Source: Varibaculum cambriense (GTDB lineage Bacteria; Actinomycetota; Actinomycetes; Actinomycetales; Actinomycetaceae). Taken from it: a DNA stretch of 64,000 nucleotides. A program made the translations under genes and the position numbers. The stretch spans positions 28,930 through 92,929 of the forward strand of contig NZ_JAWGMB010000001.1 of assembly GCF_032557235.1 (NCBI RefSeq), in the 5' to 3' direction. Below are positions 63,995-64,000 of the stretch, piece after piece. Position 1 is the stretch's first letter. The number at the start of each line of letters is the position of its first letter. Under the pieces are notes generated by a model. It saw nothing but the letters and a program-made list of their open reading frames with translations, had not been told where the DNA came from and ran no database searches.

Positions 63995-64000
63995 TTAGGA
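63991..64000 (+). CDS. Start of next gene (partial, probably the cognate permease), ATGA-coupled
   Basis: The ATG at 63991 overlaps the TGA stop at 63992..63994, with AGGATAAGG upstream. Only 3 codons are visible, so the product is a guess from operon logic. Confidence 0.3.

Noticed and set aside
1-64000. I scanned for tRNA, rRNA, tmRNA, prophage and integrase, toxin-antitoxin pairs, restriction-modification systems and known defence-system genes.
   Set aside because: I found no T-arm/GTTCGAATC-type tRNA signatures or rRNA-like stretches. I recognised no integrase, recombinase, nuclease, methyltransferase or NTPase modules typical of defence islands among the ORFs. The only mobile-element trace is the InsA-like remnant.

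Overview
This is a 64-kb chromosomal segment from an Actinomycetota genome. The clpC1, ppiA-rhomboid, ppk1-mutT1-like and fprA genes, an LAxTG sorting signal and anaerobic 2-oxoacid:ferredoxin oxidoreductase genes suggest an Actinomycetaceae-type anaerobe (Mobiluncus/Varibaculum-like), but that is inference only. I support about 39 protein-coding genes and saw no rRNA, tRNA or CRISPR array. All family calls come from motif recognition by eye; no BLAST or HMM search was possible.

Core housekeeping genes: htpX, fprA-like, ppk1, Nudix/His-phosphatase, ispF, putP-putA, clpC1, rhomboid, cyclophilin, dtd, ygfZ and a nitrobindin-like gene.

Accessory blocks:
- 181-8258: a LuxR-type two-component system divergent from an operon of two FtsX/MacB-type ABC pairs. 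The first ATPase has degenerate catalytic motifs.
- 23.2-29.9 kb: an IS1 InsA-like remnant, a GH3 lipoprotein, a zinc-ribbon/vWA/C-type-lectin membrane protein, and a proline-rich protein coupled to a HAD-like protein.
- 34.7-39.2 kb: a low-GC sialidase plus NanT islet, followed by an unusually structured non-coding region.
- 40023-49757: a 3244-aa LAKTG-anchored adhesin with a thioester-like head, 11 Thr-Gln-ester-type domains and 9 Cys-pair domains.
- 53.8-58.6 kb: a porG-A-B operon whose delta ferredoxin is fused to a GltD-like flavoprotein.
- 60.3-61.9 kb: an 86-aa WXG100-like protein coupled to a fusion of a helical N-terminus and a class-3 lipase.

The best candidates for an undescribed system are the WXG-like/lipase cassette (a possible type VII-style effector), the degenerate-NBD ABC/kinase module, and the GltD-fused oxidoreductase.
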